This document shows positions 1 to 9,008 of a stretch of 64,000 nucleotides of DNA, piece after piece. The translations under genes and the position numbers were made by a program. A model generated the notes under the pieces. That model searched no databases. It worked only from the letters and a program-made list of their open reading frames with translations, and was not told the DNA's origin. Each line of letters starts with the position of its first letter. The stretch's first letter is position 1. This DNA comes from Candidatus Bathyarchaeota archaeon (GTDB lineage Archaea; Thermoproteota; Bathyarchaeia; TCS64): contig JAGTQU010000003.1 of assembly GCA_018396695.1 (NCBI GenBank), positions 12,899 through 76,898 on the forward strand, read 5' to 3'.

Positions 1-89
1 TAGAGCCTCGTCAACTCGATATTCTAACCAGTTATCACTACTGGCCTGTTTTTCTATTCATCGCGAGCACATTTAAACTCGTAACATCA

Positions 90-1313
90 ATGCCAACCGA
101 GTTAATTTTGAAGATCTTTCCCCTGATCAATATCGGACTCTACTTGCTGTTTGCTTATCTTATTTTAAGAATAAAATTTGAATTCAGGTACGCTATTTTA
201 GGATCAGTATTTTTTTTATGTAGTTTCTTTTCTCGCCAACAATATTTTGGTCCTCCTGGCATATCTTATATTTTTTATCTTACAGGATTTCTTCTAATTT
301 CGTGGATATTTTTCACTGATAAAAGAAATAAAGGAATCTTTTCAATTTTATTTTTTTTAATATCAATTTTACTCATATTTACACATGTTTTGACATCATT
401 TTTTTTGATCATATCGCTGTTATCTATATATTTTGTTCACATAATTATAAAAAAATTATCTAATTTTGTTTTGAGTATAACAAGTTTAGGATTAATAATA
501 TGCTTTTTAATATACAATATGTATGCAGTGCCGAACTTCGGTCTTATTAGACTATTCATAAAAAACATTTATGATGGATTAAAATTTTTATCTTTTTTCC
601 GTGAAAGTAATAGAATAATTGGAACGTTTTCTAATGAAATAAGCTACTATAGTTCATGGGCTATTGTTTTCATTAATCTAATCGGATTTGCAATAACATT
701 AATCTTAGGAATTCGAAAAAAAACTAAAATCGAATTGTATAATGCCTATTTAGCAATTAACATAATTATGCTAGGAATATTTGGGGTAATAGGTAGATAT
801 GGAGCACATGAAGCCTATCAAAGAGCATTCATGTTTGGATTAGTACCTTTAGCATATTTCTCAATAAATGTGATGCGAAACAAAATATATATGTTGATTA
901 TATTAATAATTTCTTTAATGTTTCTGAACCTTCCTGCTCAATACGGATCCGATACATTCAGATTAGCTACTGAAAAACAACTTTATGGAAGCAGATTTTT
1001 CGCTTATAATACGCCGAATGAAATAAGTGTTCATGGACAATTCTCACTTTATGTTAGATATTATACTCCAGTCAAACATATTAAATTTGAAGCAATCCCA
1101 GGAACATCTTTGCCATTTACTTATATCCCTAATTCTACTGCAATAATTAATGCGATTACTACAACAGATTATACCATCTTCTCTGAGTTAACATATAACT
1201 TCATTTATTATTATTATGGAAGAAATTTATATGATGAAGTAAATCTAAATACATTAAATAGGGTTTACGATAATTCAGGTTATGAAATTTTTAAACCTCA
1301 TGCTAAAAACTGA
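90..1313 (+). CDS. Polytopic membrane protein (about 9-10 TM helices plus a C-terminal soluble domain of about 130 aa). A glycan polymerase/Wzy-like role is possible but unproven. The reading frame is open back to the window start, so the true start may lie upstream.
   Basis: The translation is extremely hydrophobic with repeated 20-25 aa helices. It has an AT-rich codon composition. The C-terminal 130 residues are hydrophilic and Tyr/Asn-rich. There is no in-frame stop upstream of position 90. Confidence 0.45.
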   Translation: MPTELILKIFPLINIGLYLLFAYLILRIKFEFRYAILGSVFFLCSFFSRQQYFGPPGISYIFYLTGFLLISWIFFTDKRNKGIFSILFFLISILLIFTHVLTSFFLIISLLSIYFVHIIIKKLSNFVLSITSLGLIICFLIYNMYAVPNFGLIRLFIKNIYDGLKFLSFFRESNRIIGTFSNEISYYSSWAIVFINLIGFAITLILGIRKKTKIELYNAYLAINIIMLGIFGVIGRYGAHEAYQRAFMFGLVPLAYFSINVMRNKIYMLIILIISLMFLNLPAQYGSDTFRLATEKQLYGSRFFAYNTPNEISVHGQFSLYVRYYTPVKHIKFEAIPGTSLPFTYIPNSTAIINAITTTDYTIFSELTYNFIYYYYGRNLYDEVNLNTLNRVYDNSGYEIFKPHAKN

Positions 1314-1611
1314 ATCCTTTAAAAAATATTCTAATATATCTCTCCAAATATTTAAGAATGGATAAGATCCATTTTTTTATATCATAGACGTTATCTAATT
1401 GTCGCGTAAATTGTGATTAATGATGATAGAGCACCATGAGGTTTTGAAAAAACCTAAATTTGCCTAACAATTGTGCAGATTAATAATGAAATTTCAGGTT
1501 ATAAATACATAGAAACAAGTTAACATATTTATCGCTATGTTATTATTTTGGCTCTATTTTTGCAGAACCCTTGCTATGAATTTAAGACAGACTAACAAGC
1601 GCCTACTCATC

Positions 1612-2721
1612 TTACTTTATCTCGTAGAAAGCTGGAAGTGGAACATAACCATTGAATAAATTATAAGGTTCTGCTCCACTGTTCTCAGGCTGCATCACCC
1701 AAACATAAACTCGGTCTATTCCCTTAGATTTTGCATAGTCGATAAAAGCTCTTATATAATTTGCTTGGTCTTGCTGATCACTATTATGCCTCCCAAATTC
1801 AGTGATCCATAACTCCTTCCCTCTGCTATGCGCTGCTTGAATCATGGCATTCATCTTAGCCTCTGTTACCCCCCAAACGGATTTATCAGGGTTACGCGGA
1901 TCCCAATAGACGTTTCTGCAAAGGAAGTCAGTAGCGTCATCTATCGCTGAGCTGTAATGCCCAGTACTAGGAGAGTATCCTCCCATAAATCGTACACTAA
2001 CAGGCATTTGGGTCCTCTCCTTAGCCGCACTGATCACGCTTAAGATAAAATTGTTCTCGGAGGTTGAAGCGGTCTGTGCCTGCGGTTCATTAAGAACCAT
2101 CCACGCCTTGACTGTATAACCATCAAATGCTGATATTGCGTTTCTAACATAATTAAGGTACTTCTCACGGTTAACGCTATTGCCTGAAGCTGAATCATCA
2201 AAATATCTGTCCCAAGTTGTGTACCATGTGTGAAGATCTATGTTCACAGCTATCCCTAATGACTGGCACAACGTGATTATTTCCTTCGCCTTTGCTACAC
2301 CACTCGAACTAGGTTGCTCGTTGCTCCATTCATACATAGCGTTTAGGCGAAGCGTTATCTCGGTAAAACCCTGTGCTTTGATTATATTCACGAAAGTTGA
2401 GACTTCGCTGGAAGTCATCGAGTAGAAGTTGATCAGCTCTGCGCTAGCTACAAACCCTGACGGGGATGGCGGTGGCTGCGGTGAAGGTGAGGGGGATGGA
2501 CTGGCAGGTGGAGAAGAACCTTCTTCTCCCTGAGATGCATAAGTGATCACCCCTACTGTTGTTATTGATTTTGTTAATGAAACGGCACCTAACCCAATGT
2601 TTACGTTTAAAGAAACATATATTAGAACAACAATGGAAAATAAATACATATTTTTTATTATACTTGATTTACCAAATATCCTACGAGGTATTAAATTTTT
2701 AATTTTACATGATCTTTTCAT
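1612..2721 (-). CDS. Glycoside hydrolase family 5 (cellulase/mannanase-like), N-terminally membrane-anchored or secreted, with a Pro/Ser-rich linker.
   Basis: N-terminal hydrophobic anchor. A PSPSPSPQPPPSP linker follows. The GH5 acid/base motif is present as LNEP and the nucleophile motif as WITEFG. Confidence 0.75.
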   Translation of the reverse strand: MKRSCKIKNLIPRRIFGKSSIIKNMYLFSIVVLIYVSLNVNIGLGAVSLTKSITTVGVITYASQGEEGSSPPASPSPSPSPQPPPSPSGFVASAELINFYSMTSSEVSTFVNIIKAQGFTEITLRLNAMYEWSNEQPSSSGVAKAKEIITLCQSLGIAVNIDLHTWYTTWDRYFDDSASGNSVNREKYLNYVRNAISAFDGYTVKAWMVLNEPQAQTASTSENNFILSVISAAKERTQMPVSVRFMGGYSPSTGHYSSAIDDATDFLCRNVYWDPRNPDKSVWGVTEAKMNAMIQAAHSRGKELWITEFGRHNSDQQDQANYIRAFIDYAKSKGIDRVYVWVMQPENSGAEPYNLFNGYVPLPAFYEIK

Positions 2722-2839
2722 GGTCTAAATATTTATTAACATAAATCTCTTATATTTGTTATAGAGTAAAAAAACTATTTTTATAATAGGTATATTAATA
2801 ATTTGGCTATAAAGTTGATTTATAATATAGATCATAATT

Positions 2840-3064
2840 ATGGTGATACTCTTGAATCTTCCTCTAGGATTTTCAGATATAAGCAAACTAATAGCTTTAT
2901 TATCAATTATATTGATAATAACATCTGTTATAATCCACCAAAATTATAGATATTCTAATTTGACTCTTGACAGACATTATCTCGAAAAGGTTGCATTATT
3001 CTTAGGCTTGATCACTCTCATACCAATAGCTATGATTGTATTCGAAATAATTATCTTTAGATAA
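2840..3064 (+). CDS. Small two-TM membrane protein, hypothetical.
   Basis: 74-aa ORF with two hydrophobic helices. AT-rich composition. Confidence 0.3.
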   Translation: MVILLNLPLGFSDISKLIALLSIILIITSVIIHQNYRYSNLTLDRHYLEKVALFLGLITLIPIAMIVFEIIIFR

Positions 3065-3545
3065 TTATTCTTTGCCCGACCTATTGCTCGGCTTTGGTCT
3101 TAAACTCGTGTGAAATCACATCTCAGGTATCCAAGGAACTATTCTCAAGGTTCCATGAAAATAATGTTGTCCTGAATCAAGGGATCTTAAGTCACAAAAA
3201 AGGATATGTGTTTCATGATCTAATTTCGAAAATATGGGGATTCTAGTATCGATGCGTGATGTTCATGCCTCTTACTGACGAATTGTAAATCCCAATGCGA
3301 ATCTATTTAGTCCTTATCGAATGTTCAATTTTATTATTGCAATAATTATGATAATTAAAATAAAAAATTACTTGTATTGCGATTTTAAAATATGAATAAT
3401 GATATTTCATAAACCCTCAGAGAAATTAGAAACATTAAATTGTTTTTTAAAGATGGATATAAAAGATAGTTAATTATATTCAATAATTGGACATTTTTCT
3501 AACCAAAAATAATCTTTTTCAATAAGTTTTTGCTTCACACGGTTA

Positions 3546-5585
3546 ATGGCAGGGTTTAACATGATTCCGATAAGGCGAGAGAGAACCAACTTGAGTTTAA
3601 TCCTAAAAATCTTGGTATTAATATCATCTATAACTATAGTTTATTGGCAAGATTTCACAATTTTGTTAAATGAGGCGCTCAACAGCGATTTAGCTACCCA
3701 CATCCTTGCTATACCCTTTCTAGTCGCCTATATTTGTTTCAGAATTCGTCACAGATTTAGAGCTTTAGCCTCCGATATTCTAGTAAACACTAATTCACCA
3801 GCTAGGAGAGCACTTACAAATATAATAGGTATACTTCTATGTGCCTTCGCATACTTCTTGAGATGGACAGGTTCATACAGTTTTATACCATTAGAATACC
3901 ATATAGCTTCATTACCCATTTTCATCTCAGGGCTAATCCTCCTAATCTTTAACTTTCATGTTCTGAGAGCCCTATTCTTTCCAGTAGTTTTTCTACTTTT
4001 CATGATTCCTCCACCAGTTGAACTCGCTCAACAAGTCGGAGGTTACCTCTCATACTATAGCTCTCATGGAGCCTATAATCTCCTAAAGGCAGTTAATCTC
4101 CCTGTGAGGCTTTCTGATCTAGATGGAAACCCTATAATCTTCGTTAAGATCCCTTCAGGAGAGGAGTACCCATTCGTAATAGATCTGGCATGCTCAGGAA
4201 TCTATTCCCTCATAGGATTCCTTATATTCGCACTTTTCTTGGCATACCTCGTCAGAGGGCCATTAATCAAAAAAACTGCTATCCTACTCTTGGGTCTTCC
4301 TTTAATATACCTACTTAACATTCTGAGAATAACGATCCTTGTAATAATCGGCTTCGCTTCGGGACCTTACGCAGCTCTAAATCTCTTTCACATTTTTGGA
4401 GGCTGGTTCCTAATTCTCATTGGAACCCTCATCATATTGCTCACTTCAGAAAAATTATTAAAAGTAAGCTTGTTTGGCTCAGAACCTATTCACTGCAACG
4501 ATTGTGAAAAATATTCAATTAACCAGTATTGTTCATCATGCGGTAAGATGCATCGATTCAAATATAATTTTTCGAGGCTTAGCCTATTAAAAATAATAAG
4601 CATTTTGGCTATTTCAATAATTCTCATCTTTATACAGGTACCAGTTTATAATCTGACAAATGGATCAGCTGAAATATTCATTAAAAAATATTCTGGAGAA
4701 GTATTCACAACTAATATCTTTCCTAAAATTAACGGCTATGAACTCAAATTTGTATATAGAGATACGTCCTTTGAAGAGATAAGTGGACAGGATGCAGCAC
4801 TAATGTACATGTACGCCCCTAGAGACCCTTCTAAACCTTTAGTATGGGTTGGTCTAGAGATTGGCCCAGCTAAGGCAAACCTCCACACCTGGGAAGTATG
4901 CTTAATTACTTATCCACAATCTCTTGGAAGAGAACCTAGCGTTATACAACTCGATTCGAGGGATATCAAACTTCTAGATAATCCTCCCCTTACAGCCCGT
5001 TACTTTGCTTTTATAGATAAGAAAAATAATTTTACAGAGACAATACTCTACTGGTATACAAAATCAGTTTTCAGATCCGAGGGAGAATATGTAGAGAAAT
5101 GGTCGAAGATCAGCGTGATCAAACTGGACGACAATCCTTCAGATTACCTAGAAGCTGAAGAAGAGATCTATCCATTCGCGAAGAGTATAGCTGAATACTG
5201 GCAGCCTGTGGTTACTTGGTCGAAATTTGCACTTGTTATAGCGTATCATGGAGTAACCCTTTTGCTTTTAACAGGGTCATTTATAATCGCCTCTACAGGG
5301 GTATATCTATATGGATTATTTTCTGAAAAAAGACATGCGAAAATAATGTTTAATAAAATAAATAATATAGAAGATAAAACTATTCTGGAGATAATTAAAA
5401 ATACTGAAAATGACGTAATAACTGAAAAGTATGTATCATTAAAATTTGTTGAACGTTTAGGAAAACAGATAGATGAAGATAATATATTAGCAAAACTTTT
5501 AGAAGCAGAGAAAAACGGTCTGATTGAAAGGAAAATCATCAGCTTAAATGACAATCCATACATAACTTGGAAGGCTAAATTCTAG
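3546..5585 (+). CDS. Exosortase/archaeosortase-family transpeptidase-like membrane protein. It is fused to a CxxC...CxxC zinc ribbon, an EpsI-like extracytoplasmic domain and a C-terminal winged-helix-like cytoplasmic tail.
   Basis: N-terminal roughly 300 aa are polytopic. They carry the motif DLACSGIYSL (putative catalytic Cys) followed by LNILRITIL (Asn-x-x-Arg) and a later His in HIFGGW, which is the pattern of the EpsH/archaeosortase family. Then comes CNDCEKY...CSSCGKM. A TM helix and a roughly 190-aa domain containing LHTWEVCL follow, which is EpsI-like. A final TM helix precedes a roughly 95-aa charged tail. Confidence 0.6.
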   Translation: MAGFNMIPIRRERTNLSLILKILVLISSITIVYWQDFTILLNEALNSDLATHILAIPFLVAYICFRIRHRFRALASDILVNTNSPARRALTNIIGILLCAFAYFLRWTGSYSFIPLEYHIASLPIFISGLILLIFNFHVLRALFFPVVFLLFMIPPPVELAQQVGGYLSYYSSHGAYNLLKAVNLPVRLSDLDGNPIIFVKIPSGEEYPFVIDLACSGIYSLIGFLIFALFLAYLVRGPLIKKTAILLLGLPLIYLLNILRITILVIIGFASGPYAALNLFHIFGGWFLILIGTLIILLTSEKLLKVSLFGSEPIHCNDCEKYSINQYCSSCGKMHRFKYNFSRLSLLKIISILAISIILIFIQVPVYNLTNGSAEIFIKKYSGEVFTTNIFPKINGYELKFVYRDTSFEEISGQDAALMYMYAPRDPSKPLVWVGLEIGPAKANLHTWEVCLITYPQSLGREPSVIQLDSRDIKLLDNPPLTARYFAFIDKKNNFTETILYWYTKSVFRSEGEYVEKWSKISVIKLDDNPSDYLEAEEEIYPFAKSIAEYWQPVVTWSKFALVIAYHGVTLLLLTGSFIIASTGVYLYGLFSEKRHAKIMFNKINNIEDKTILEIIKNTENDVITEKYVSLKFVERLGKQIDEDNILAKLLEAEKNGLIERKIISLNDNPYITWKAKF

Positions 5586-5636
5586 AAGATTTTTAAATGA
5601 ATTTCTTAATCTGATTTCTTATTTTTTTAAAAAAAG

Positions 5637-6950
5637 TTGTGCACGGAAAGACCTGAGATGAGCTTTAAACTACTTAGATATCATTATCAGCTTCAACAAT
5701 CGAAGAAATTGAATAAGGAAATACTTAAAGAGATTCAACTTCGAAGATTAAAGGAAATAATATCACATGCTTATCTCAACGTTCCATTCTATCATGAAAA
5801 GTTTGAGAAAGCAAAAATAAAGCCAGAGGATATAAAAACACTGGATGACCTCGAAAAAATCCCATTGACAACGAAAGCCGAAATACAATCCACTCCCTTG
5901 AATTATCTAGTTTCCAGATACGTAAATTTGAATAATTGCGACAGATCGTTAACCAGTGGCACTACGGGAATGCCTCTGACAATAATAATTGACAGAGATT
6001 ATATGGATTTTCAAGTTGCATTATTCGCCAGAACGTATTTTGAAGATGGAGTAAAATTATGGCATAAAATGATGAGAATAGTTGATCCTTTATATTTGCC
6101 TAAGAAAGGGGATTGGTATCAAAAAATAGGATTAATGAAAACGAAGTACGTCTCTCTATTCGAACCCATCGAGAAACAATTTTCTATAGCAAAAAAATAT
6201 AAACCCGACATATTGAGAGGTTTCAGCTCTCAAATCGCTTTGTTGGCATACCATGCTCGTGAGAATGGTGAAGTCTTGAAGCCTAAAATAATTTTCACCT
6301 CAGCAGAATACCTTGACAAAGCTTCCAGAAACCTGATAGAATCAACATTCCTAAGCCAACTATTCGACCTTTACATAAGCACAGAGTTTGGGCTAATGGC
6401 TTGGGAGTGTAAGGCCCATTCAGGGTATCATACTAACATTGAAAGCGTTATGATCGAATTCGTAAAAGATGGTGAACCTGTCACAGATGGTGAGAGTGGG
6501 GAAATAATCTGCACAAACCTCGTTAACAGAGCAATGCCTCTAATCAGATACGACTTAGGAGACGTAGGCATCCCTACGGAGGAAGAATGCACATGTGGGA
6601 GCACTCTGCCTCTCATCAGACTCGTCGAGGGTCGAACAGGAGATTTCCTCGTCACACCGGATAATCGAATAATATCGCCGACGATATTTTTCCCTTATCC
6701 CTTTAACGATGTTGAAGGGATAAAACAATTCAGAATAATACAGGAGAAAAAGGATAAGCTAATCATACAGCTAGTTGCAGATGAAGATTTTAAAAGAAAT
6801 GAACTAGCCCTAGAAAAAGCAAGAAAAGAGATCTGGAAAGTATTCGGTGAAAACATGAATGTTGAATTCCAATTTCTAGACAAAATTAAAAGGGATAATG
6901 AAAGAAAATATAGAAAGATAGTGTCGAAAATACCTATTCATCTCACTTAA
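5637..6950 (+). CDS. Adenylate-forming enzyme of the phenylacetate-CoA ligase / CapK / coenzyme F390 synthetase family.
   Basis: The AMP-binding signature SGTTGMPLTI is present. Length (about 430 aa) and overall motif order match the PaaK family. The gene lies immediately downstream of the exosortase-like gene on the same strand. Confidence 0.75.
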   Translation: MCTERPEMSFKLLRYHYQLQQSKKLNKEILKEIQLRRLKEIISHAYLNVPFYHEKFEKAKIKPEDIKTLDDLEKIPLTTKAEIQSTPLNYLVSRYVNLNNCDRSLTSGTTGMPLTIIIDRDYMDFQVALFARTYFEDGVKLWHKMMRIVDPLYLPKKGDWYQKIGLMKTKYVSLFEPIEKQFSIAKKYKPDILRGFSSQIALLAYHARENGEVLKPKIIFTSAEYLDKASRNLIESTFLSQLFDLYISTEFGLMAWECKAHSGYHTNIESVMIEFVKDGEPVTDGESGEIICTNLVNRAMPLIRYDLGDVGIPTEEECTCGSTLPLIRLVEGRTGDFLVTPDNRIISPTIFFPYPFNDVEGIKQFRIIQEKKDKLIIQLVADEDFKRNELALEKARKEIWKVFGENMNVEFQFLDKIKRDNERKYRKIVSKIPIHLT

Positions 6951-7050
6951 TGATCTTCTTCCCTTTTCTACTTATCCATAAAATAATTACGTAAAACTCT
7001 TTTCTAAAGATTTAAATAACCATATTAAACATTAACAAATAGGTGAAAGA

Positions 7051-7278
7051 TTGAATAAGAATAATAGGAGAATCCTGGCGGCTTCACTGGTGATTATAGG
7101 CTTAACGCTGATATTCATAATAAATGGAGTATTATTTGCGCCTCAACCAGAGCCTACAGTTACTCCAACAGCTGAAAACACAATGGCTCCAGGATTCCAT
7201 GTCCCTGAGATCCCTGGAACTCTAGTTGCCTTAGTATTGGGAGTTATGGGGCTGTTAGTGTTTTATTTAAAGAAGTAG
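7051..7278 (+). CDS. 75-aa protein consisting of an N-terminal signal anchor, a roughly 25-aa Pro/Thr-rich segment, and a PEP-CTERM-like C-terminal sorting signal (VPEIPGT, then a hydrophobic helix, then KK). It is the putative cognate exosortase substrate.
   Basis: The N-terminus is MNKNNRR followed by a 23-aa hydrophobic stretch. The C-terminus is VPEIPGTLVALVLGVMGLLVFYLKK, which matches the tripartite Pro-Glu-Pro / TM / basic architecture of PEP-CTERM and PGF-CTERM signals. The gene is directly downstream of the sortase-ligase pair. Confidence 0.5.
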   Translation: MNKNNRRILAASLVIIGLTLIFIINGVLFAPQPEPTVTPTAENTMAPGFHVPEIPGTLVALVLGVMGLLVFYLKK

Positions 7279-7379
7279 AAAAATAATCTAATAGTTAACG
7301 TGTCTTGATTACTGATTTTCTTAACGGTTTTTCTATATTGCCTACGACTTCGATCTTATAGGCGAATAGTGGAGGCTAT

Positions 7380-8201
7380 ATGGAAATGGTAGAGAATTCC
7401 AGCATTGAAAAGATGGAGAAGCAGATAGAGTCCCTTGAATCGGAGATTAGGAGGCTTAAGAGGAAGCCGACAGGCGCCATAGGGACTCTGATTCTGGCTT
7501 TAGGGCTGATGCTCCTAGCCTTAGCCATCATCGTTGAGCATAACATATCAGCCTTCATCGGAATAGCCTTAACCTTCTGGGGAGCCCTCCTCCTATACGT
7601 CAGGCCTACAAGCTTCGTTAGAAAAGAGATCCTCAACGTTTTATCTACTCAATCCCTTTCCGAGATGGCGGAGATTATTGATGAACTAGGTTACCGAGGG
7701 GCCCCATTCCACGTTTCGCCTCCAAGCCTTCTCGGGATGAGGAGAACGAGGCTCATAATCCCGAAAAACCCTCTCTCGAATCTAGGAGAAGATGCTTCCA
7801 TAGATGAGTTAACGATTACGCCAACACTGATTTCGGTTGATCCCCCCGGGCAGGAGCTATCAAGCCTGATTGAGGAGGAGCTGAGAACAAACTTCTCGGC
7901 GAGCAGCTTAGAGTATGTGGAAAACAATCTTGAGAAGGCTCTGGTGGAAGGGTTAGAACTAGTCGAGTCGTTCGCTATGGAGCAGGAGGGGGAGAGAGTA
8001 TCCGCTAAGTTCAAAGGTAGTGTATTCTTCGACGTTGCGGAAAGGTTAAGCGGTTTGAAGATTAATCCTGCATTTTGCGACCCGCTTACAAGCGCCTTCG
8101 CATGCATCCTCGCAAGGGTGACCCAGAAGAGGGTCACTATAGAAAAGATGGAGCTGAAGCCCGAGGAGAAGACCGTCACAAGCACATACAGGCTTATTTA
8201 A
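7380..8201 (+). CDS. Hypothetical protein with an N-terminal coiled coil, two TM helices and a C-terminal soluble domain.
   Basis: ORF translation. This is the first GC-normal gene after the AT-rich island. Confidence 0.4.
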   Translation: MEMVENSSIEKMEKQIESLESEIRRLKRKPTGAIGTLILALGLMLLALAIIVEHNISAFIGIALTFWGALLLYVRPTSFVRKEILNVLSTQSLSEMAEIIDELGYRGAPFHVSPPSLLGMRRTRLIIPKNPLSNLGEDASIDELTITPTLISVDPPGQELSSLIEEELRTNFSASSLEYVENNLEKALVEGLELVESFAMEQEGERVSAKFKGSVFFDVAERLSGLKINPAFCDPLTSAFACILARVTQKRVTIEKMELKPEEKTVTSTYRLI

Positions 8202-8220
8202 AGACGGGGATGAACCTTAA

Positions 8221-8820
8221 TTGACTGGAAAAAAGGAGCTAGAGGAGAAGCTCATAGAAATCATCGAAGCCTTCTCAACTTCTACGGTGAAGGAGCTCCT
8301 CGAAATAGCTCATCTGCAGCTTTCCATCCCAAAGAAGGAGCTGTTGGACATTATCCTCCGCCTACAAGACGAGGGGAGGATAAGCCTTAAGCTGCCGGAG
8401 AAAAGAGCCAAATACAGTTTAAGGGAATATTTCTTTAAAGGAGGGGTCTACTGGTTCTGGTGCATTATCCTTCTCTCAACCACAGCAATGTTGTCGATCT
8501 TCCTGATACCTGAAGACGCTTACCCCATAATCCTTGCAAGATACGTCCTCGGCTCACTCTTCGTCCTCTTCCTACCAGGATTCAGCCTCGTAAAAGCCCT
8601 CTTCCCTAAAAAGGAATTAGATAATGTCGAGAGGATGGTGTTGAGTTTAGGGTTGAGCCTAGCGATTGTGCCTATCTTCGGGCTACTCCTCAACTATACT
8701 CCATGGGGGATAAGGCTTACCCCTATAACCCTAGTGCTCCTTTCTTTCACCATCTTTCTCTCATTTGTGGCTATGATTAGAGAGTATAATGAAAAGTTTC
8801 CTAAACCTGAGGAAGAATAA
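8221..8820 (+). CDS. DUF1616-like archaeal membrane protein (N-terminal wHTH-like segment plus 4 TM helices). TTG start.
   Basis: N-terminal helical domain followed by four hydrophobic helices. The architecture is typical of the archaeal DUF1616 family. Confidence 0.4.
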   Translation: MTGKKELEEKLIEIIEAFSTSTVKELLEIAHLQLSIPKKELLDIILRLQDEGRISLKLPEKRAKYSLREYFFKGGVYWFWCIILLSTTAMLSIFLIPEDAYPIILARYVLGSLFVLFLPGFSLVKALFPKKELDNVERMVLSLGLSLAIVPIFGLLLNYTPWGIRLTPITLVLLSFTIFLSFVAMIREYNEKFPKPEEE

Positions 8821-9008
8821 GAATACAAGGATTTACATTCATTAACCCTCTGCATCAACTCATTAAACTGTCGAAGATAAGCTTCGACGATGGTTGATGC
8901 CTAGAGGATACTAGGAGGATCATTCTACGGAAATTAACGAGCCTTAAATCACGAGAAGAGAAATAGGTTCAGATACTCTGCTAATATTAAAAGATTGAGC
9001 AAGATCCT

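Noticed and set aside
3065-3545. 480-bp non-coding gap upstream of the sortase gene, examined for ncRNA (C/D box, SRP, RNase P-like) signatures.
   Set aside because: Only a near-C-box (gtgatgt) and a ctga about 18 nt apart were found, which is too short for an sRNA. There are no conserved SRP or RNase P motifs. It is probably an AT-rich promoter or regulatory region.
7376-7636. 86-aa minus-strand ORF overlapping the start of the 7380-8201 gene.
   Set aside because: It lies entirely antisense to a longer, better-supported ORF and has no recognisable domain. It is likely a spurious shadow ORF. The same reasoning applies to 5246-5563, 6428-6883, 9485-9789, 13301-14840, 17253-17693, 19731-20290, 26539-27468, 27956-28600, 33968-34309, 34874-35399, 40723-41172, 49233-50074, 51470-52424, 52751-53551, 54575-55554, 57729-58181, 59548-59784 and 60874-61562.
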